The notes below the pieces were generated by a model. It saw nothing but the letters and a program-made list of their open reading frames with translations. It had not been told where the DNA came from and did no database searches. Shown here in pieces: positions 1-10,440 of a stretch of 64,000 bases of DNA. Source of the DNA: Gammaproteobacteria bacterium (GTDB taxonomy: Bacteria; Pseudomonadota; Gammaproteobacteria; Eutrophobiales; Eutrophobiaceae). Position numbers and translations under genes: made by a program. The first letter of the stretch is position 1. Each line of letters opens with the position of its first letter. Location of the stretch: NCBI GenBank assembly GCA_965215365.1, contig CBDCDS010000003.1, positions 640,001 to 704,000 of the forward strand, in the 5' to 3' direction.

Positions 1-857
1 CCCTTCCGGTCGCGCTCCAACACCCGCTGGGCCTGATATACCTGCTCTTGCGGTTTGCCGCGCGCCACCTCATGGGCGATCGCGCCGGCGCGCCGCAAGC
101 CCCACATCAGCGCGCCATACACACTGAGCGGCTCGGCGCCTTCGTGTTTAAGTCCGCGCAACATCCTAGCGACGCGTTCGGAGCGCCCCAGAAAGACGTT
201 CTCAATCAGGTCGAACACCTGGTAACGGGCACTGTCCACCACCATGTTCAACACCGCGTCACGGTCGATATCCGCCTGTTCCACCAGCAACGCCAGTTTA
301 TCAATTTCCTGCTGTGCCGCCAGCAGGTTGCCCTCCACCCGTTGCGCCACCAGCTGTGCGGCCTCCCGGGTCATCTGTTTCCCCTGCGCCCGGCAGCGGT
401 CCATAATCCAGCCCGGCAATCTGGCTCCCTCAACCGGCCAGATCTGCATGCAACAGCCTTGTTGTTCCAGTGCCTTGAACCATTTCGTCTGCTGAGTCTT
501 GCGGTCAATACGCGCCGTGGTCAACAGCAACAGGTTATCCGCAGCACACCCGGCTGCGTAATCGGTCAGGGCCGCGCCACCTTCCCGGCCGGGCTTGCTG
601 CTACCCAGCCGCAACTCGATGATGCGACGACTGGAAAACAGCGACAGGTTGGCGCCGGCCTCACGCAGCTCGCGCCAGTCAAATCCGTTGGCGGCATCCA
701 GCACCACACGTTCTTCGTAACCCAGCGCGCGGGCGCGCGTGCGGATGCGGTCGCTGGCTTCCAGCATTTGCAACGGCTCATCGCCGCTGAGGTAATAGAC
801 CGGCAGTAGCTCGGGTTTACTCAGGTGCGCCGGGAGTTGCTCTGGCTTCAGTCGCAT
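1..857 (-). CDS. holA: DNA polymerase III delta subunit (runs off the window start)
   Basis: Manual minus-strand translation from ATG at 857: MRLKPEQLPAHLSKPELLPVYYLSGDEPLQMLE...LSLFSSRRIIELRL...VEGNLLAAQQEIDKL; canonical leuS-lptE-holA order. Confidence 0.93.
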   Translation of the reverse strand, partial: MRLKPEQLPAHLSKPELLPVYYLSGDEPLQMLEASDRIRTRARALGYEERVVLDAANGFDWRELREAGANLSLFSSRRIIELRLGSSKPGREGGAALTDYAAGCAADNLLLLTTARIDRKTQQTKWFKALEQQGCCMQIWPVEGARLPGWIMDRCRAQGKQMTREAAQLVAQRVEGNLLAAQQEIDKLALLVEQADIDRDAVLNMVVDSARYQVFDLIENVFLGRSERVARMLRGLKHEGAEPLSVYGALMWGLRRAGAIAHEVARGKPQEQVYQAQRVLERDRK

Positions 858-917
858 CGGGTGTTCCTGCTACCTGCTACTCTTGTAACCTGATTTTGAC
901 ATGTTCAGGCAGCGGGC

Positions 918-1427
918 TTACTGCGCCAGCGTATTGAGCCGTTCTGCAATGCGGGCCGCAGCCTGTTCGAGCAGTTCTTCCTTGATAGTCTCCTCCTCGG
1001 CAAATTTCCCCAGCGCCGCATCTTCGTCTAAGGCGTAGTCGCCGCTGACCCGCAGCGGCTGCCGGGCCACCAGCGCCTCGCCGTCGGCATTGCTGATACT
1101 GATGTGGGTGTTGAACACGATCAGGTACTCTTCCACCTTGCCGGTGGCGGGCGATACACTGGCCACCTGCCGCACAAATTCCTCGCCGTGCAAGGTCAGC
1201 GTGTAGTCGGCGTCCTTACGGCCGGCGCTGAGGGTGGCCCCGGCCGTAACCAGACGCGCCCGTAGCGCATCGGCAAGCGGGCCGGCGGCACCAATAACGT
1301 GGACGCGGTAAGCAGCCGGGGCGGGGGCGCCCTTGGCGGCACTCAAATTCTGACCGCGCAGGTGATAGCCGCAACCCTGGGCCAGGATTATGGCGAGCAG
1401 GACAACATGCCAGAACGGGATTCTCAT
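918..1427 (-). CDS. lptE: LPS assembly lipoprotein LptE
   Basis: Lipobox LAQGC followed by GYHLRG; located between leuS and holA. Confidence 0.9.
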   Translation of the reverse strand: MRIPFWHVVLLAIILAQGCGYHLRGQNLSAAKGAPAPAAYRVHVIGAAGPLADALRARLVTAGATLSAGRKDADYTLTLHGEEFVRQVASVSPATGKVEEYLIVFNTHISISNADGEALVARQPLRVSGDYALDEDAALGKFAEEETIKEELLEQAAARIAERLNTLAQ

Positions 1428-1478
1428 TGCCTCAAAGGATACGGTGTTATGGCGTTCGATACAAGGCCAGACGGCGCC

Positions 1479-4094
1479 TCAGCCGCCGACTACGATGTTG
1501 ACCAGGCGTTGCGGCACGACAATGATTCTGTCTATGGGCTTGCCGGCTAGGTGCCGTTGCACGTTTTCATCGGCCAGCGCCAGGGCCTTGATGTCGTCCT
1601 CGGTGGCTTGCGGCGAGACCAGCAGCTGTGCCCGTTTCCTGCCGTTTACCTGCACCACCAAGCGGAGCTCGTCGGCACTGAGCGCGGCCTCATCCACCTG
1701 CGGCCAGCGCGCGTCGACAAGTGGGGTGTCCTTGCCCATAGCGCGCCAGATGGCGTCGGTGATGTGTGGGATAATGGGAGATAACAGCACGGTCATGACT
1801 TCCAGCCCCTCGCGCCGCAGCGCCTGATTGTTGTCGGATTGGGTGTCGTCGGAGCGGGTATTATCGGGCTGCTCACCCAGCCGGTTCAGGGCGTTCAATA
1901 ACTCCATGACTGCGGCGATGGCCGTGTTGAACGTATAGCGCCGGCCAATATCGTCATTAACCTTGACAATGGTCTGATGAATCTTGCGCCGCACCTGCCG
2001 TTGTTCCCGGGTATACGCGTGCGTCCCGGTCGAGGCGTTGCGGTAATTGTCACAGGCGAATTTCCACAGCCGCTTGAGGAACCGGAAGGCGCCCTCAATC
2101 CCCGCGTCCGACCATTCCAGGCTTTGCTCGGGGGGGGCAGCAAACATGATGAACAGGCGCACGGTATCAGCACCGTATTGGTCGATGATGTCCTGCGGGT
2201 CGATGCCGTTGTTTTTCGATTTCGACATTTTCTCGCGTTTACCGATGGTGACCGGCTTGCCGTCCGCCTTCAGGGTTGCGGCAGTAATACGACCCTTCTC
2301 ATCACGGGCAAACTCCAGTTCACTGAAGTTGTAGTAAGTCCTGTGCCCCTGTACCTCCCGGTAAAACGTTTCCGCTACCACCATGCCTTGCGTCAGCAGG
2401 TTTGTGAACGGCTCACCATAGCGGGTAAGGCCTTGATCACGAGCCAGTTTCTGAAAAAATCTCGAATACAGCAAATGCAGCACTGCGTGCTCAATACCGC
2501 CCACGTACTGGTCCACCGGCAGCCAATAATCGGCCCGTTCGTCGAGCATGGCCTGCCGGCTATCCGGGCAGCAAAAGCGCATGAAATACCAGGAGGACTC
2601 GAAAAACGTATCAAACGTGTCGGTCTCGCGGCGCGCCGGCAAGCCGCTGTCCGGGTGGGTGGTTTGCAGAAAGTGTTCCAGTTCGTGCAGCGGCGAACGC
2701 ACCCCGGACAACTCCACCTCCTCCGGCAGCAGCACGGGCAGGTCGGCAGCCGGCACTGCTGCCTCGGCGCCGTCCTCAGCCGTCACCACGGGGATGGGGC
2801 AACCCCAGTAACGTTGTCGGGAGATACCCCAGTCGCGCAGTCGGTAATTGACCTTGCGCCGGCCCCGGCCCAGGTCTTGCAGGCGTTGTGCAATCGCGGC
2901 AACGGCCTGGCTGGAACTCAGACCGTCAAATTCACCGGAGTTTTCCAGCAGGCCTTTTTCAACAAACGCGCCGCGCTCCGGATCAGCGGCGGCATCAGTG
3001 GCGGCGGCTACCGGGCGAATGACCGGCTTGATCGGCAGCCGGTATTGGCGTGCGAACTGCCAGTCGCGGGCATCATGCGCCGGCACCCCCATCACCGCGC
3101 CGGCACCGTAACCCATGAGGATGAAATTCGCTACCCACACCGGCACGGTTTCCCCGCTGAGCGGGTGGGTGACATGTATCCCCAACGGCGCGCCGGCTTT
3201 TTCCATGGTTTCCAGTTCGGCCTCGGAGGTCGCGGCATTACGGTAGCGTTGCAGAAACGCGGCCACCTCCGGGTTGCTCGCCGCAGCCGCCACCGCAAGC
3301 GGATGCTCTATCGCCACCGCCATGTAACTGACGCCGAACAGTGTGTCCGGGCGGGTGGTGAACACCGTCAGGACGCCGCCGTCATTGAAGGGGAAATCTA
3401 TCTCCACCCCTTCCGAGCGTCCAATCCAGTTGCGCTGCATGGTGCGCACTGATTCGGGCCAGCCGTGCAGGTTGTCCAGCTCGGCCAGCAACTCTTCGCT
3501 GTAGTCTGTGATCTTCAGAAACCACTGGGAAATCTCCTTCCTTTCCACCGGCGCGCCGGAGCGCCAGCCGCGGCCGTCGATGACCTGTTCATTAGCCAGC
3601 ACCGTCTGGTCGACAGGGTCCCAGTTGACCGGCGCGGTCTTCTTGTACACCAGTCCCTTGCGGTACAACTCGGTAAAAAACCACTGCTCCCAGCGGTAAT
3701 AGTCCGGCTTGCAGGTGGCCAGCTCCCGCTCCCAGTCGTAGGCAAACCCCAGTCGTTGTAACTGAGCGCGCATGTAATCGATATTCTGCTCGGTCCAGCG
3801 CGCCGGGGCTACCTGATTTTCTATGGCGGCGTTCTCCGCCGGCAGGCCGAAGGCATCCCAGCCCATGGGTTGCAGCACATTCTTGCCCTGCAGGCGCTGG
3901 TAGCGCGCAATCACGTCGCCGATGGTGTAATTGCGCACATGCCCTATATGCAGTTTGCCGCTGGGGTAGGGAAACATGGACAGGCAGTAGAACTTTTCCC
4001 GGTCGGGGTCCTCGGTGGCCTTAAATGCGCGCGTGGCCTTCCAGTTGGCCTGTACTTCCCGTTCGATGGTTTGGGGCTGGTATGCGGTATCCAC
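1479..4094 (-). CDS. leuS: Leucyl-tRNA synthetase
   Basis: [13 protein letters not shown] (HIGH) and KMSKS motifs; 871 aa. Confidence 0.99.
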   Translation of the reverse strand: MDTAYQPQTIEREVQANWKATRAFKATEDPDREKFYCLSMFPYPSGKLHIGHVRNYTIGDVIARYQRLQGKNVLQPMGWDAFGLPAENAAIENQVAPARWTEQNIDYMRAQLQRLGFAYDWERELATCKPDYYRWEQWFFTELYRKGLVYKKTAPVNWDPVDQTVLANEQVIDGRGWRSGAPVERKEISQWFLKITDYSEELLAELDNLHGWPESVRTMQRNWIGRSEGVEIDFPFNDGGVLTVFTTRPDTLFGVSYMAVAIEHPLAVAAAASNPEVAAFLQRYRNAATSEAELETMEKAGAPLGIHVTHPLSGETVPVWVANFILMGYGAGAVMGVPAHDARDWQFARQYRLPIKPVIRPVAAATDAAADPERGAFVEKGLLENSGEFDGLSSSQAVAAIAQRLQDLGRGRRKVNYRLRDWGISRQRYWGCPIPVVTAEDGAEAAVPAADLPVLLPEEVELSGVRSPLHELEHFLQTTHPDSGLPARRETDTFDTFFESSWYFMRFCCPDSRQAMLDERADYWLPVDQYVGGIEHAVLHLLYSRFFQKLARDQGLTRYGEPFTNLLTQGMVVAETFYREVQGHRTYYNFSELEFARDEKGRITAATLKADGKPVTIGKREKMSKSKNNGIDPQDIIDQYGADTVRLFIMFAAPPEQSLEWSDAGIEGAFRFLKRLWKFACDNYRNASTGTHAYTREQRQVRRKIHQTIVKVNDDIGRRYTFNTAIAAVMELLNALNRLGEQPDNTRSDDTQSDNNQALRREGLEVMTVLLSPIIPHITDAIWRAMGKDTPLVDARWPQVDEAALSADELRLVVQVNGRKRAQLLVSPQATEDDIKALALADENVQRHLAGKPIDRIIVVPQRLVNIVVGG

Positions 4095-4191
4095 GTAGTC
4101 TGCGCGCCGGTGTATGAAAACGTGAAGGATACCGCAAACAGGGAGCGGGGAACAGTGACCACCGTCCCCCGCCGCAGTTTCCCCCTCCCGC

Positions 4192-4464
4192 CTATTCCGG
4201 CAGTTCGCCGACAGTCAGCACATCCTTGTTCTTTTCTATCAGCTTCGGCCCTATACCTCTTATGTCAGTCAATTCCTGTACCGACCTGAATCCGCCGTGC
4301 TGTTCCCGGTAGTCGATGATCCGCTCGGCGTAGGACGCGCCGATACCGCGCAAGGTCATCAGTGTATCCCTGTCTGCCGTGTTGATATCAATCATCCCCT
4401 CGGCAAACAGCGCGAGGGGCAGGCAGAGCAAGACAAGGGCTGTGAGTTTCCTGAATAGTTGCAT
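4192..4464 (-). CDS. comEA: ComEA-family helix-hairpin-helix DNA-binding protein
   Basis: Signal peptide, then IDINTAD...LRGIG...[24 protein letters not shown]. Confidence 0.9.
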   Translation of the reverse strand: MQLFRKLTALVLLCLPLALFAEGMIDINTADRDTLMTLRGIGASYAERIIDYREQHGGFRSVQELTDIRGIGPKLIEKNKDVLTVGELPE

Positions 4465-4594
4465 AATGGTCTCCTTCAGTTAACAGGTTTAAGTTCCGTG
4501 ATCCTTATAACCACGCAGTAAAAAGAACCTCTGATTGCCAGAGGCGACCTGAAGTCTAGCAACAGCGCGCCGGTTGCACAGGAAAAAATTGGCA

Positions 4595-4618
4595 AAAATG
4601 TGGGAAAAGTCACATTTT
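4595..4618. promoter_or_regulatory. CRP-family-like palindromic site upstream of comEA
   Basis: AAAATGTGG-GAAAAG-TCACATTTT; one core mismatch to TGTGA-N6-TCACA. Confidence 0.45.
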
Positions 4619-4775
4619 TGCGAAAATTTTTGTGACGTTGTTCGTCTCGCACCCTTTGTGGGTCGATTTTGCCATCCACAATGATGCTGATGCGACAGTT
4701 GTAATCCGCTTTGCGGACCTATCGAGCGCATACTGGCGAGCGTTATCTTCCTGGGCAGGCGACATAACGCAACGG

Positions 4776-5243
4776 TCAGCCGGCCGGATCCGCGGGAACG
4801 GCGTCCATGTCCAAGCGGGTTTCTATCCTGGCTACGCGTTCGCTTAGTGCGTACACCTGTTCTCGCAGAACGGCGATCTCTTCTCGCAGAATATCGATCT
4901 CGTCCCTGATGTCGGCAAATTGGGCTTGCATTTCCGCGCGCAGCTTGTTGATCTCGGTGTGCAGCTCGGTGCGCAAGTCGGTGCGCAAGTCGCTGATCTG
5001 TATTTGTATATCGCGCTGCAAACCCATGATAGCCGCATACAAAAACCCCTGGCTGGAGAGAATGGCTGCCAGCGCAATACCCACCAGCCATTGCGCCTGC
5101 CGGAATTCACGCCAGCGCACCACATCATCGTCCGGGCGACCGGCGGGGCGGGACGTTACGCCCTGTTGGCGGACATCATCTGCAGGATTGGATGTATCGG
5201 GGCGCATGCCGTTCATAGTCGTTTCCATGAGTTTTACCTCCAT
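4776..5243 (-). CDS. Hypothetical single-TM coiled-coil protein
   Basis: Hydrophobic segment followed by heptad-like repeats (LRTDLRTELHTEINKLRAEM...); second ATG preceded by GGAGGT. Confidence 0.65.
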   Translation of the reverse strand: MEVKLMETTMNGMRPDTSNPADDVRQQGVTSRPAGRPDDDVVRWREFRQAQWLVGIALAAILSSQGFLYAAIMGLQRDIQIQISDLRTDLRTELHTEINKLRAEMQAQFADIRDEIDILREEIAVLREQVYALSERVARIETRLDMDAVPADPAG

Positions 5244-5519
5244 GGTGTTATTCGGTTCCTGTCCAGCGGTGCCTCACCGCCGATCTTGTTTCAAAGTATA
5301 GCCGTGGGAGCAAAAATAGCAAGCATTTATTTGCGGCGCAAGTTTCACCTGCCACGGGCTGTTTACATCCCTGCCCCTAACCCGCAATCGTCCTGCATCA
5401 GGCCGGAACAGATCAGTAATACCAATGAACCGGTGCTACGGCGCATCACGGTAAAGGTTGGCGCTGACCCTGACAACACAGGACGGGTTTATCAGGCGAC
5501 CGGAGTAATCAGGGGGCTT

Positions 5520-5726
5520 CCAGTCTGTACACGATTGTGTTATAACGCTGAGGTATGCTGTGTACAACCTGTTTGTTTTCCGGTATGGCGCCGGGGTGTT
5601 GCGGTTATGCACAGGCAGTCAAGCGCATGTCAACATGGACAAACACCGTAAATAAAATATAAACTTTTGATTTATAAGTAAAAAAAACATAATCCAGAAC
5701 TACTGTTGCCCTATAAACACAATACT
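5520..5726. promoter_or_regulatory. Candidate oriC / dnaN upstream region
   Basis: DnaA box TTATGCACA 5605-5613, degenerate boxes, IHF consensus AATCAAAAGTTTA on the minus strand 5660-5672, AT-rich tract 5650-5700. Confidence 0.45.
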
Positions 5727-6827
5727 ATGAATATAACCTTAAATAGAGAACAACTGTTACCTGCCTTGTCTGATCTGAATGGTGTTGTTGAATCCAGGCC
5801 GGCCTTGGCAATTCTGGCCAATGTCCTGATCAATATTTCGCCCCAGGAAATCAGGCTGACGACAACAGATATGGAAGTTGAACTTTCCGAAGCTATCCCA
5901 GGCGAGTTTGGAGAAACGGGGGAAATTACTGTTCCGGCGCGCAAGCTCTTGGACATTTGCCGGACTTTGCCGGAAGCCGCCGAGATCGCACTGACAGTTG
6001 AGGACGAACGGGTAAATGTGGCCTCTGGCAGAAGCCGATTCTCCTTGTTGTCACTGCCGGCACAGGAGTTTCCGAGAGTGGAACCCGGCCAGACCGACGT
6101 CAGTTTTTCGTTATCGCAGGCGGTGTTCAAGTCGTTGCTGGAGCGTACCGCCTTTGCCATGGCTAGGCAGGATGTGCGCTATTACCTGAATGGAGTCCTG
6201 TTGGAGGCGGAGGCAGGGCAGCTGCGCGCGGTCGCCACGGACGGACACCGGCTGGCCCTGTGTGAAGTTGACATTACGTTTCCCGCGGAGGAGAAAAAAC
6301 AGTTAATCATGCCAAGGAAAGGCGTCATGGAGCTGCTGCGCTTGCTGCATGACTCGGAAGACGAGGTGGAAATCGTCATGAGCGGAAATCATATCCGCAT
6401 TGTCAGGGGCGACCTGATCTTCACCAGTAAACTGATAGACGGCAAATACCCGGATTACAACCGGGTCATCCCGGCCCCGGCCCAACAGCCCGTGCTGGCC
6501 CAACGGGAGATATTGAAGCGGAGTCTCGGCCGCGCCTCAATACTATCCACCGACAAATACCGGGGGGTGAGAATAACGCTGGAAGAAAACAAACTCAGCG
6601 CAAACGTCCACAATCCTGAACAGGAACAGGCCGAGGACGAGATTGACGTCGAGTATTCGGGAGAGAAGCTGGAAGTCGGCTTCAACGTGAGTTATCTGCT
6701 TGACGCAGTCAGTATTATTCAGACCGACAAGGTAAAACTTTCCATCTCATCTCCGAAAAGCGGCTGTCTGGTATTGCCTGAGGAAGGCGAAGGGTGCAAG
6801 TACATCGTCATGCCGTTGATGCTTTAA
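5727..6827 (+). CDS. dnaN: DNA polymerase III beta sliding clamp
   Basis: QDVRYYLNG, AVATDGHRLA, KLIDGKYPDY, GFNVSYLLD, C-terminal YIVMPLML; ATG at 5727 preferred over TTG at 5706. Confidence 0.98.
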   Translation: MNITLNREQLLPALSDLNGVVESRPALAILANVLINISPQEIRLTTTDMEVELSEAIPGEFGETGEITVPARKLLDICRTLPEAAEIALTVEDERVNVASGRSRFSLLSLPAQEFPRVEPGQTDVSFSLSQAVFKSLLERTAFAMARQDVRYYLNGVLLEAEAGQLRAVATDGHRLALCEVDITFPAEEKKQLIMPRKGVMELLRLLHDSEDEVEIVMSGNHIRIVRGDLIFTSKLIDGKYPDYNRVIPAPAQQPVLAQREILKRSLGRASILSTDKYRGVRITLEENKLSANVHNPEQEQAEDEIDVEYSGEKLEVGFNVSYLLDAVSIIQTDKVKLSISSPKSGCLVLPEEGEGCKYIVMPLML

Positions 6828-6854
6828 CCCGCATATCTCACCAAGTCACTTGTT
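6825..6854. repeat. Solo terminal repeat of miniature element family B
   Basis: TAACCCGCATATCTCACCAAGTCACTTGTT matches the ends of the 243-bp units at 24068; overlaps the dnaN stop codon. Confidence 0.75.
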
Positions 6855-6875
6855 TTAACACTGCTATCGCAGCCG

Positions 6876-7964
6876 ATGCGCATTGAATGGCTGCACATCC
6901 GAAACGTTCGTAACCTGTCGGAACTGAGGTTAGAGCCGGCCGCCGGGCTTAACCTGATCTGTGGCCCGAACGGTAGCGGCAAGACGGCGCTGTTGGAAGC
7001 TATCTATTTTCTGGGGCGCTGTCGCTCATTTCGCACTGCCGCCATACAGCGGGTTATCCGCAACCAGCAACGCGCATTGCAGGTCAGCGCCGGATTGCTG
7101 CTTACCGATCAGCGTCGAATTGTTACGGGGGTGGAGCGCAGCCGGACGGCGCTCGATATCCGTTACAACAACACCACTGTGCACAAGGTGTCCGAACAGG
7201 CAGCGCAGCTCCCCGTTATTACAATTATTCCGGAAAGCCACAGACTGGTTTCTGGCAGCCCGATATACCGCAGACGCTGGTTGGACTGGGCCATGTTTCA
7301 CGTGGAACCACACTATATCAATCTCTGGCGGGACTATTACAAGGCGTTAAAACAGCGCAACAGCTTGCTTCGCTCGAACAGGGTCGAACAACTGGGTGCA
7401 TGGGAACAAGCCATGGCGCGTGCCGCAGAAGCTATGACCGCACAGCGTACCGGCTTTATCGACGAACTGGCGGTGGCTATGAGCGCAGCCGCCCGGCGCT
7501 TGCAGATTGCACAAACTACGCTGGAATATGAGTGTGGTTGGCAGGCAGACACTGAGTTAGCCTCATTCCTCGCAGAGCAACGCAAAGGCGATCAGGAAAG
7601 AGGCACAACGCGACAAGGACTGCACCGCAGCGATATGACCATCCACCACGAGGGGAGGGAAGTCGGGCATTTTTATTCACGCGGGCAGATTAAGCTGTGC
7701 ATTATTGCACTGTCGCTGGCCCTGGATAGTGTGTTCAGGAAGCGCACCGGGCGCATCCCGCTGATCTTGGCGGACGACCTGCCGGCGGAGTTGGATCAGA
7801 ACAGCTTGCTGCGCGTTGTGGATGGATTGGCCGGGCAGGGGAGTCAGGTTTTCATCACTTCAACAGACTCGATTCCGGCAGTTTCACAGCATCCGCTAAA
7901 ATTGTTTCACGTGGAACAGGGGCAGATTACCGACTCGGTGTTGTCCGGGTTCAGAAACAAGTGA
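6876..7964 (+). CDS. recF: DNA replication/repair protein RecF
   Basis: Walker A GPNGSGKT, SRGQIK, DDLPAELD, QVFITS; follows dnaN. Confidence 0.97.
   Translation: MRIEWLHIRNVRNLSELRLEPAAGLNLICGPNGSGKTALLEAIYFLGRCRSFRTAAIQRVIRNQQRALQVSAGLLLTDQRRIVTGVERSRTALDIRYNNTTVHKVSEQAAQLPVITIIPESHRLVSGSPIYRRRWLDWAMFHVEPHYINLWRDYYKALKQRNSLLRSNRVEQLGAWEQAMARAAEAMTAQRTGFIDELAVAMSAAARRLQIAQTTLEYECGWQADTELASFLAEQRKGDQERGTTRQGLHRSDMTIHHEGREVGHFYSRGQIKLCIIALSLALDSVFRKRTGRIPLILADDLPAELDQNSLLRVVDGLAGQGSQVFITSTDSIPAVSQHPLKLFHVEQGQITDSVLSGFRNK
7294..7309. promoter_or_regulatory. parS centromere-like site (one mismatch) inside recF
   Basis: TGTTTCACGTGGAACC. Confidence 0.75.
7903..7918. promoter_or_regulatory. parS centromere-like site inside recF
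   Basis: TGTTTCACGTGGAACA matches the parS consensus; parAB present at 57-58.8 kb. Confidence 0.85.
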
Positions 7965-8436
7965 GACTCGAATAGACAAAAAATCGGGTAGTGAAGTGTG
8001 TAAAGTGATTTCGATTAACTTACACAGGAGGACTACCCGATGCAGATCAAAAGGTAAGCGGGTGAAATCATATCGCAGTTGGCGCGTGGATGATACTACC
8101 GATGCTGACGCGCGCGGTCGTTTGAAGCAGTTGGAATGGGTTGCGACGTTACGCGAGGATGGGTGTGGTGAGGCGACGGCACTGGCAGCAGTAGGTGGGT
8201 CGAGGGCGACCTACAACGGCTGTGTAGAACGCGCCAATGCCACCAGCCGCTATGAGTTCTATCCGTTCTACGAGGGTCCACTGACCGTGGCGGCCATCAA
8301 CCGCAAACTGGCCGAGTATCAGCAATACTACAATACCTACCGCCCGCATGACGGTATTGGTTTATTAACCCCAATGGAGTATTATCAACAACTCACACAG
8401 CCTGCCTCTGAGTCTCATATGTATTGAACCTGGACA
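7942..8436 (+). mobile_element. Internally deleted IS481-like insertion sequence
   Basis: Imperfect terminal inverted repeats TGTCCGGGTTCA...TGAGACTC / GAGTCTCA...TGAACCTGGACA; residual integrase C-terminus NGCVERAN...YYNTYRPHDGIGLLTP. Confidence 0.75.
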
Positions 8437-8627
8437 ATCCGGTTGACACAGCATCAGCCGCAGTCCATACTGGCCGTACTATGTCCGCTAAGTTTATCTG
8501 GCTCAATCTCGCCGGTTTGGGCCGTGACGGGCAAGATCGGCGCGTTCTTGCTGGTGTGGGGTTTCATTATTTGTCCGCTCATTGCCATCAATGACTTAGC
8601 GCGATTGCTGGACAACATACTACACAG

Positions 8628-8822
8628 ATGGGACGAGTAACCCAAATACTGCTGTGGATCAGCGTGGCCCTGGTGGTGGTCTGGCCGGCGCTGTTCCTGA
8701 TTGTGCTGTTGGTGTGGGGATATATCATCTTGCCGATCATCCTGTTGCGGCTGCTGTATCTCTGGTGGCGGTTGCTGGTGGACGGCCCCTCAGCCCTCGG
8801 CCAGCCGCACGAGCTCCCGTGA
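8628..8822 (+). CDS. Small hydrophobic membrane protein, prophage-associated
   Basis: 64 aa, almost entirely hydrophobic; preceded by a similar small ORF at 8443-8640. Confidence 0.35.
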   Translation: MGRVTQILLWISVALVVVWPALFLIVLLVWGYIILPIILLRLLYLWWRLLVDGPSALGQPHELP

Positions 8823-9029
8823 CACCACGTTGAGTTGACCGAGCAGGCGCGGGCCCGGGCGGATGTGCAGCCAGCGACACAGCGCTAACGCCTGCTCGTA
8901 GTCCAGACCGGCCACGCCGCCCAGCGGTAAGGTGTGGATGACGGCGGGGGCGCCCTGTATCAGGATGCGGATGGCATCGTGATTGACCGGCAGCACATCG
9001 CAATCCTCGCCTCCCCACCAGGCCTGCAC
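8790..9029 (-). CDS. Phage tail assembly chaperone C-terminal (gpT / DUF1799-like) frame
   Basis: GLDY motif; lies in the -1 frame directly after the chaperone slippery site. Confidence 0.6.
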   Translation of the reverse strand: MQAWWGGEDCDVLPVNHDAIRILIQGAPAVIHTLPLGGVAGLDYEQALALCRWLHIRPGPRLLGQLNVVSRELVRLAEG

Positions 9030-9037
9030 CGCCGCCG

Positions 9038-9382
9038 TCAGTTTCCCAGGGCGCGCGCCTCACCGAGTACCGCTCCGATATACGCCGTGACCACCGCCGT
9101 GCGCACCCGCGGACGGGCGGTGAGCAGGTCGCGATTCGTCTCATTGAACGCCAGCGCCTTGCCGGCGGAGTCGGTTACATCGTCCCAACCAATCAGCACC
9201 CGGTTGACCAGGGCAATATCCGCGCGCGGCGCATCGAGCAGCGCATCGAGCTCAGCTTGCGTGAGCTCGACAAAGCGGGCGGTAAAGGTCTGCTTGTCGT
9301 GACCACTGCCGCCCGGCGCGGACACGCTCACCGGCATGGTGAACTCGCTGCTCTGCTCGGGTGTCAATAATTTTAATGTCAT
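9038..9382 (-). CDS. Phage tail assembly chaperone
   Basis: FTARFVEL...VLIGWDDVTDSAGKALAF...ALGN stop; ends in G GGA AAC; downstream of the tail tube gene. Confidence 0.7.
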   Translation of the reverse strand: MTLKLLTPEQSSEFTMPVSVSAPGGSGHDKQTFTARFVELTQAELDALLDAPRADIALVNRVLIGWDDVTDSAGKALAFNETNRDLLTARPRVRTAVVTAYIGAVLGEARALGN

Positions 9383-9399
9383 GTGCTATACTCCTGATT

Positions 9400-9672
9400 A
9401 TGTGTCGTGCTCTGATACTCACCGCTCTGCTCACGCTGCCCGTAGTGGCGCTGGCGCACGAGCCCCACTGGTTGCCGCCGGCGCCCTGGGGTGTGAATCC
9501 TTGTGATCTGCCCCGGGTGCGGTGCCCGCTGGCACTGATCAATATCCATGATAATCTGGTCTTAGCGCAACGGCGCCAGGACACCACGCAAGAGCGTTAC
9601 TGGCTGGACCGGCTGGCGGGGTGGTACGCTTACAACCCCGACTACCGCCACCACCTGCATCCGCACCGCTAG
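9400..9672 (+). CDS. Small secreted protein, moron-like, antisense to the tail operon
   Basis: Signal peptide ending VALA-H; TATACT -10 hexamer just upstream; fits between two tail genes. Confidence 0.45.
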   Translation: MCRALILTALLTLPVVALAHEPHWLPPAPWGVNPCDLPRVRCPLALINIHDNLVLAQRRQDTTQERYWLDRLAGWYAYNPDYRHHLHPHR

Positions 9673-9732
9673 ACCGCCGGGTCTTATTCGTTGTTCCTCC
9701 CATGGCCCCGAAGCCGTCCCGGCGGCGGTGCG

Positions 9733-10228
9733 TTATGTCGCCTGGCCGTTGATGATCAAGGCCGGGCCGCTGGGCGGCTGTAAAATCTCGGCATTGAGTT
9801 GCAGCTGCTGCTCGGCGCTACGCCCGGCGGCTTTCATGGCCGCCTCGCCGGCGGGCGAGATGGCGCACAGCGGCGCATAATAGTCATTGCCGCGCCCGAA
9901 GGCGGCGGTCTCAAGATAGCGCACCCCGCGCCGGATTTGGCGCACCTCGCCGGTGATGGCCTGCTCGACGGTACCCGCCACCGGCGTGTAGGTCACTTTC
10001 AGCACATTGTCGGCCTTAATCTTGCCGCCCGGCTCAATGTACAGCCGGGCGCGCGCAGCGTCTAAGGTGTAATCGTCACCGGCCTTGGCCATCTTGCTCG
10101 CCGCCGATGGAATCGCCCAAGTAGCGCTCGCCGATGGGCGCATCGGCGTCGCTCAGGTCAACGAGGTAGAACTCGCCGGCGCCGATGATGATGTTCGATT
10201 TGCCATGTTTGTCTGTGGCTAAGCTCAT
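9733..10228 (-). pseudogene. Phage major tail tube protein, frameshifted or internally deleted
   Basis: N-terminus MSLATDK...IIIGAGEFY...GERYLGD in one frame; C-terminus DYTLDAARARLYI...VTYTP in another. Confidence 0.6.
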
Positions 10229-10280
10229 AGTGTGTCTCCTAGGTCGGGTGGCTCTGTAACAGTCGTTCGCTCTGATAGCG

Positions 10281-10380
10281 TTGGCCGTACCACACCACGC
10301 CGGCAAAGTGTTCCGGGCCGACGATCCGATCTGGAAAACCCACTACCCGCCGAACGGGTTCGGCTGCCGCAGCCGACGAG
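10281..10380 (+). pseudogene. Fragment of a phage Mu gpF-like head morphogenesis protein
   Basis: [23 protein letters not shown], characteristic of the MuF motif. Confidence 0.7.
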
Positions 10381-10440
10381 CTGGGCAAGATCAGTGTCCC
10401 CAAACTGGAAGGGGCGCCACCGGCTATCGCCCGCCCGCAC

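Noticed and set aside
48-809. 253-aa plus-strand ORF
   Set aside because: Antisense shadow of holA
1977-3452. 491-aa plus-strand ORF and many similar long antisense ORFs
   Set aside because: Shadows of real genes (here leuS), expected in GC-rich DNA
4920-5651. 243-aa ORF as a possible dnaA remnant
   Set aside because: No AAA+ or DnaA domain IV motifs; it overlaps an antisense gene and the origin-like region
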